Part shown: positions 62,701 to 64,000 of the stretch, in pieces
How positions within the stretch are numbered: the first letter of the stretch is position 1
Layout: every line of letters begins with the position of its first letter
Assembly: GCA_000182565.2 (NCBI GenBank)
Contig: KQ257460.1
From: Spizellomyces punctatus DAOM BR117
Lineage: Eukaryota
Strand: one strand, 5' to 3'
DNA length: 64,000 nt
The notes under the pieces: generated by a model
The model's database searches: none
Told to the model about the DNA's origin: nothing
Seen by the model: only the letters and a program-made list of their open reading frames with translations
Program-made: the position numbers and the translations under genes

Positions 62701-64000
62701 TTCACTATCTGAAACACGTGCTGACGCCAAGCAACAATATCACTCCACAAGGTAATGTCATCCCACATGTTCGGAAGTCGATCTCGCCAAGTGGTGAAGA
62801 TTCCTTTTAGTTCCTGTTGCTTATCTTGTATGTTCACCACTGTAGTCGTATTGAGGATCTGTTGTATCTGAGCTCCCTCATGTAATTCCACAAACTGCTG
62901 GAAGGTATGCAACAGAGGTATATGGGCATTGAGTCCTTGTTTTGGTAGGATGAACCAGCGCTTTAAGCTGCTTTGCACCCCTTCGTCGCAAAGCTTATGG
63001 AATTCCGCTTGGCGTTCGGGTCCTTCTTGGTATCTTAACAGTAAACTGAACGACTGAAAGACCTTCCGTCGAGGGCTATCTTGCATCGATTCTAACGCAG
63101 TCTGCAGCGACTCGCGTTCACTGGTCCAGTCAGAGAGTCGCCACGCGCATTCCAAAAATAATTCTGCATTGGCCTCCTGTTTCGACAAGTCGGTCAAGAG
63201 ATCCCACTGCTGTAACCGCTCTGCTGAATAGACCCAATGATCCTCCCAAAGTCGGTATTCGGATTCAGTAAATGGCAAAACGCCTGTTCGCGCCTTCGCT
63301 TGGGCGGCTTCATACAGCCGTTGAGCTTGAGCCCACATACCCCCTTGCTCATAGGATATCGCCGCATTCGTCTCAGCAAAAAGGCTGCGTCGTCGCCACA
63401 GTCCGTAGAAGTAATCAGCTTCAGAGAGGCTCCAGAAAATCTCACAGAGGGCATCAATCGTGCTCTCTCTAATTTTCTCATCCTCTTTCGCTGCCAATAC
63501 TCCGGCGAACCGCGTGTCCACAATGGACTGTTGTAGCAACTCCACTGCAATGTACCAGGCGTCGTATGTCTTCCCTAAATATCGTACTAGCTGAGGGGGT
63601 AACCGAGGTTGGATTGCTGCCTCGCACTGGCAAATGCCCTCAAGTAACGCTTGAATGACGTTGGGTCGCATATCAACCTGTTTGATATGGTAGTCCTTCG
63701 CCAGCAGAGGTATTATAACCTTATGTACGTCATGCCGCTCTCGAGGGTTGAGCAAACCCCAACAGAGCGGGAATATATCAACCCACATTGCGTAGGTGAC
63801 GTTATCGTCAGAGTACAACAGCTGACGAAGTGAATCCACAAGGGTTTCCAATGTGAGCGACTGGAGATCACGCAAAAACTCGCGGTGATGTTCCATGACA
63901 GCCGGAAAGCGTTCGTCACTTGTTGTTGTGCTTTCGATTGCCATATTATCTTCCGAGGCATCCAGCGCAGTTATAGAGGCAGTTCGGTAACCCGGCGCGC
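59713..64000 (-). CDS. TRA1: Tra1/TRRAP (SAGA/NuA4 PIKK pseudokinase), 3' part; continues beyond the window
   Basis: FAT region ([42 protein letters not shown]), [44 protein letters not shown]. Confidence 0.96.

Noticed and set aside
5019-64000. TOR and TRA1 as a PIKK gene cluster, or the ciliary genes as a functional cluster
   Set aside because: They are separated by many unrelated genes, which is compatible with chance in a compact genome.
1-64000. CRISPR arrays, tRNA or rRNA genes
   Set aside because: I recognised no regularly spaced repeats, cloverleaf with A/B boxes or rRNA-like sequence by eye. A tRNAscan/Rfam run would be needed to exclude small RNAs.

Overview
Gene-dense, intron-rich fungal DNA (most introns about 50-80 nt) from a flagellated, zoosporic fungus, most likely a Spizellomyces-type chytrid. 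This assignment rests on the ciliary genes CFAP96 and B9D2, a probable TMEM232-like gene and a SpuFz1-like Fanzor relic. Bases 1-4.7 kb are a CpG-depleted retrotransposon nest: a frameshifted chromodomain-bearing Ty3/Gypsy element abuts the 3' end of a Ty1/Copia element, which carries a probably spliced antisense gene and a complete 3' LTR. Host genes follow: TOR, SOM1, SPF45, RBM26/27, importin-beta, eL28, TMEM232-like, eL41, HSP20, CFAP96, HGD, a PH-RasGEF, citrate synthase, a secreted alpha/beta hydrolase, NDUFV2, Ssr4, B9D2, eL29, MOB1, SET2, cysteine synthase and the 3' part of TRA1. The standout signal is at 41.5-42.0 kb: the 5' end of a Fanzor1 (eukaryotic TnpB/Cas12-related, omegaRNA-guided DNA endonuclease) element. 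It has an N-terminal NLS and a candidate terminal-repeat remnant, but is truncated before the RuvC domain and the omegaRNA end. All family calls are made by eye from remembered sequences and motifs, with no database search. Exon boundaries are hand-inferred.
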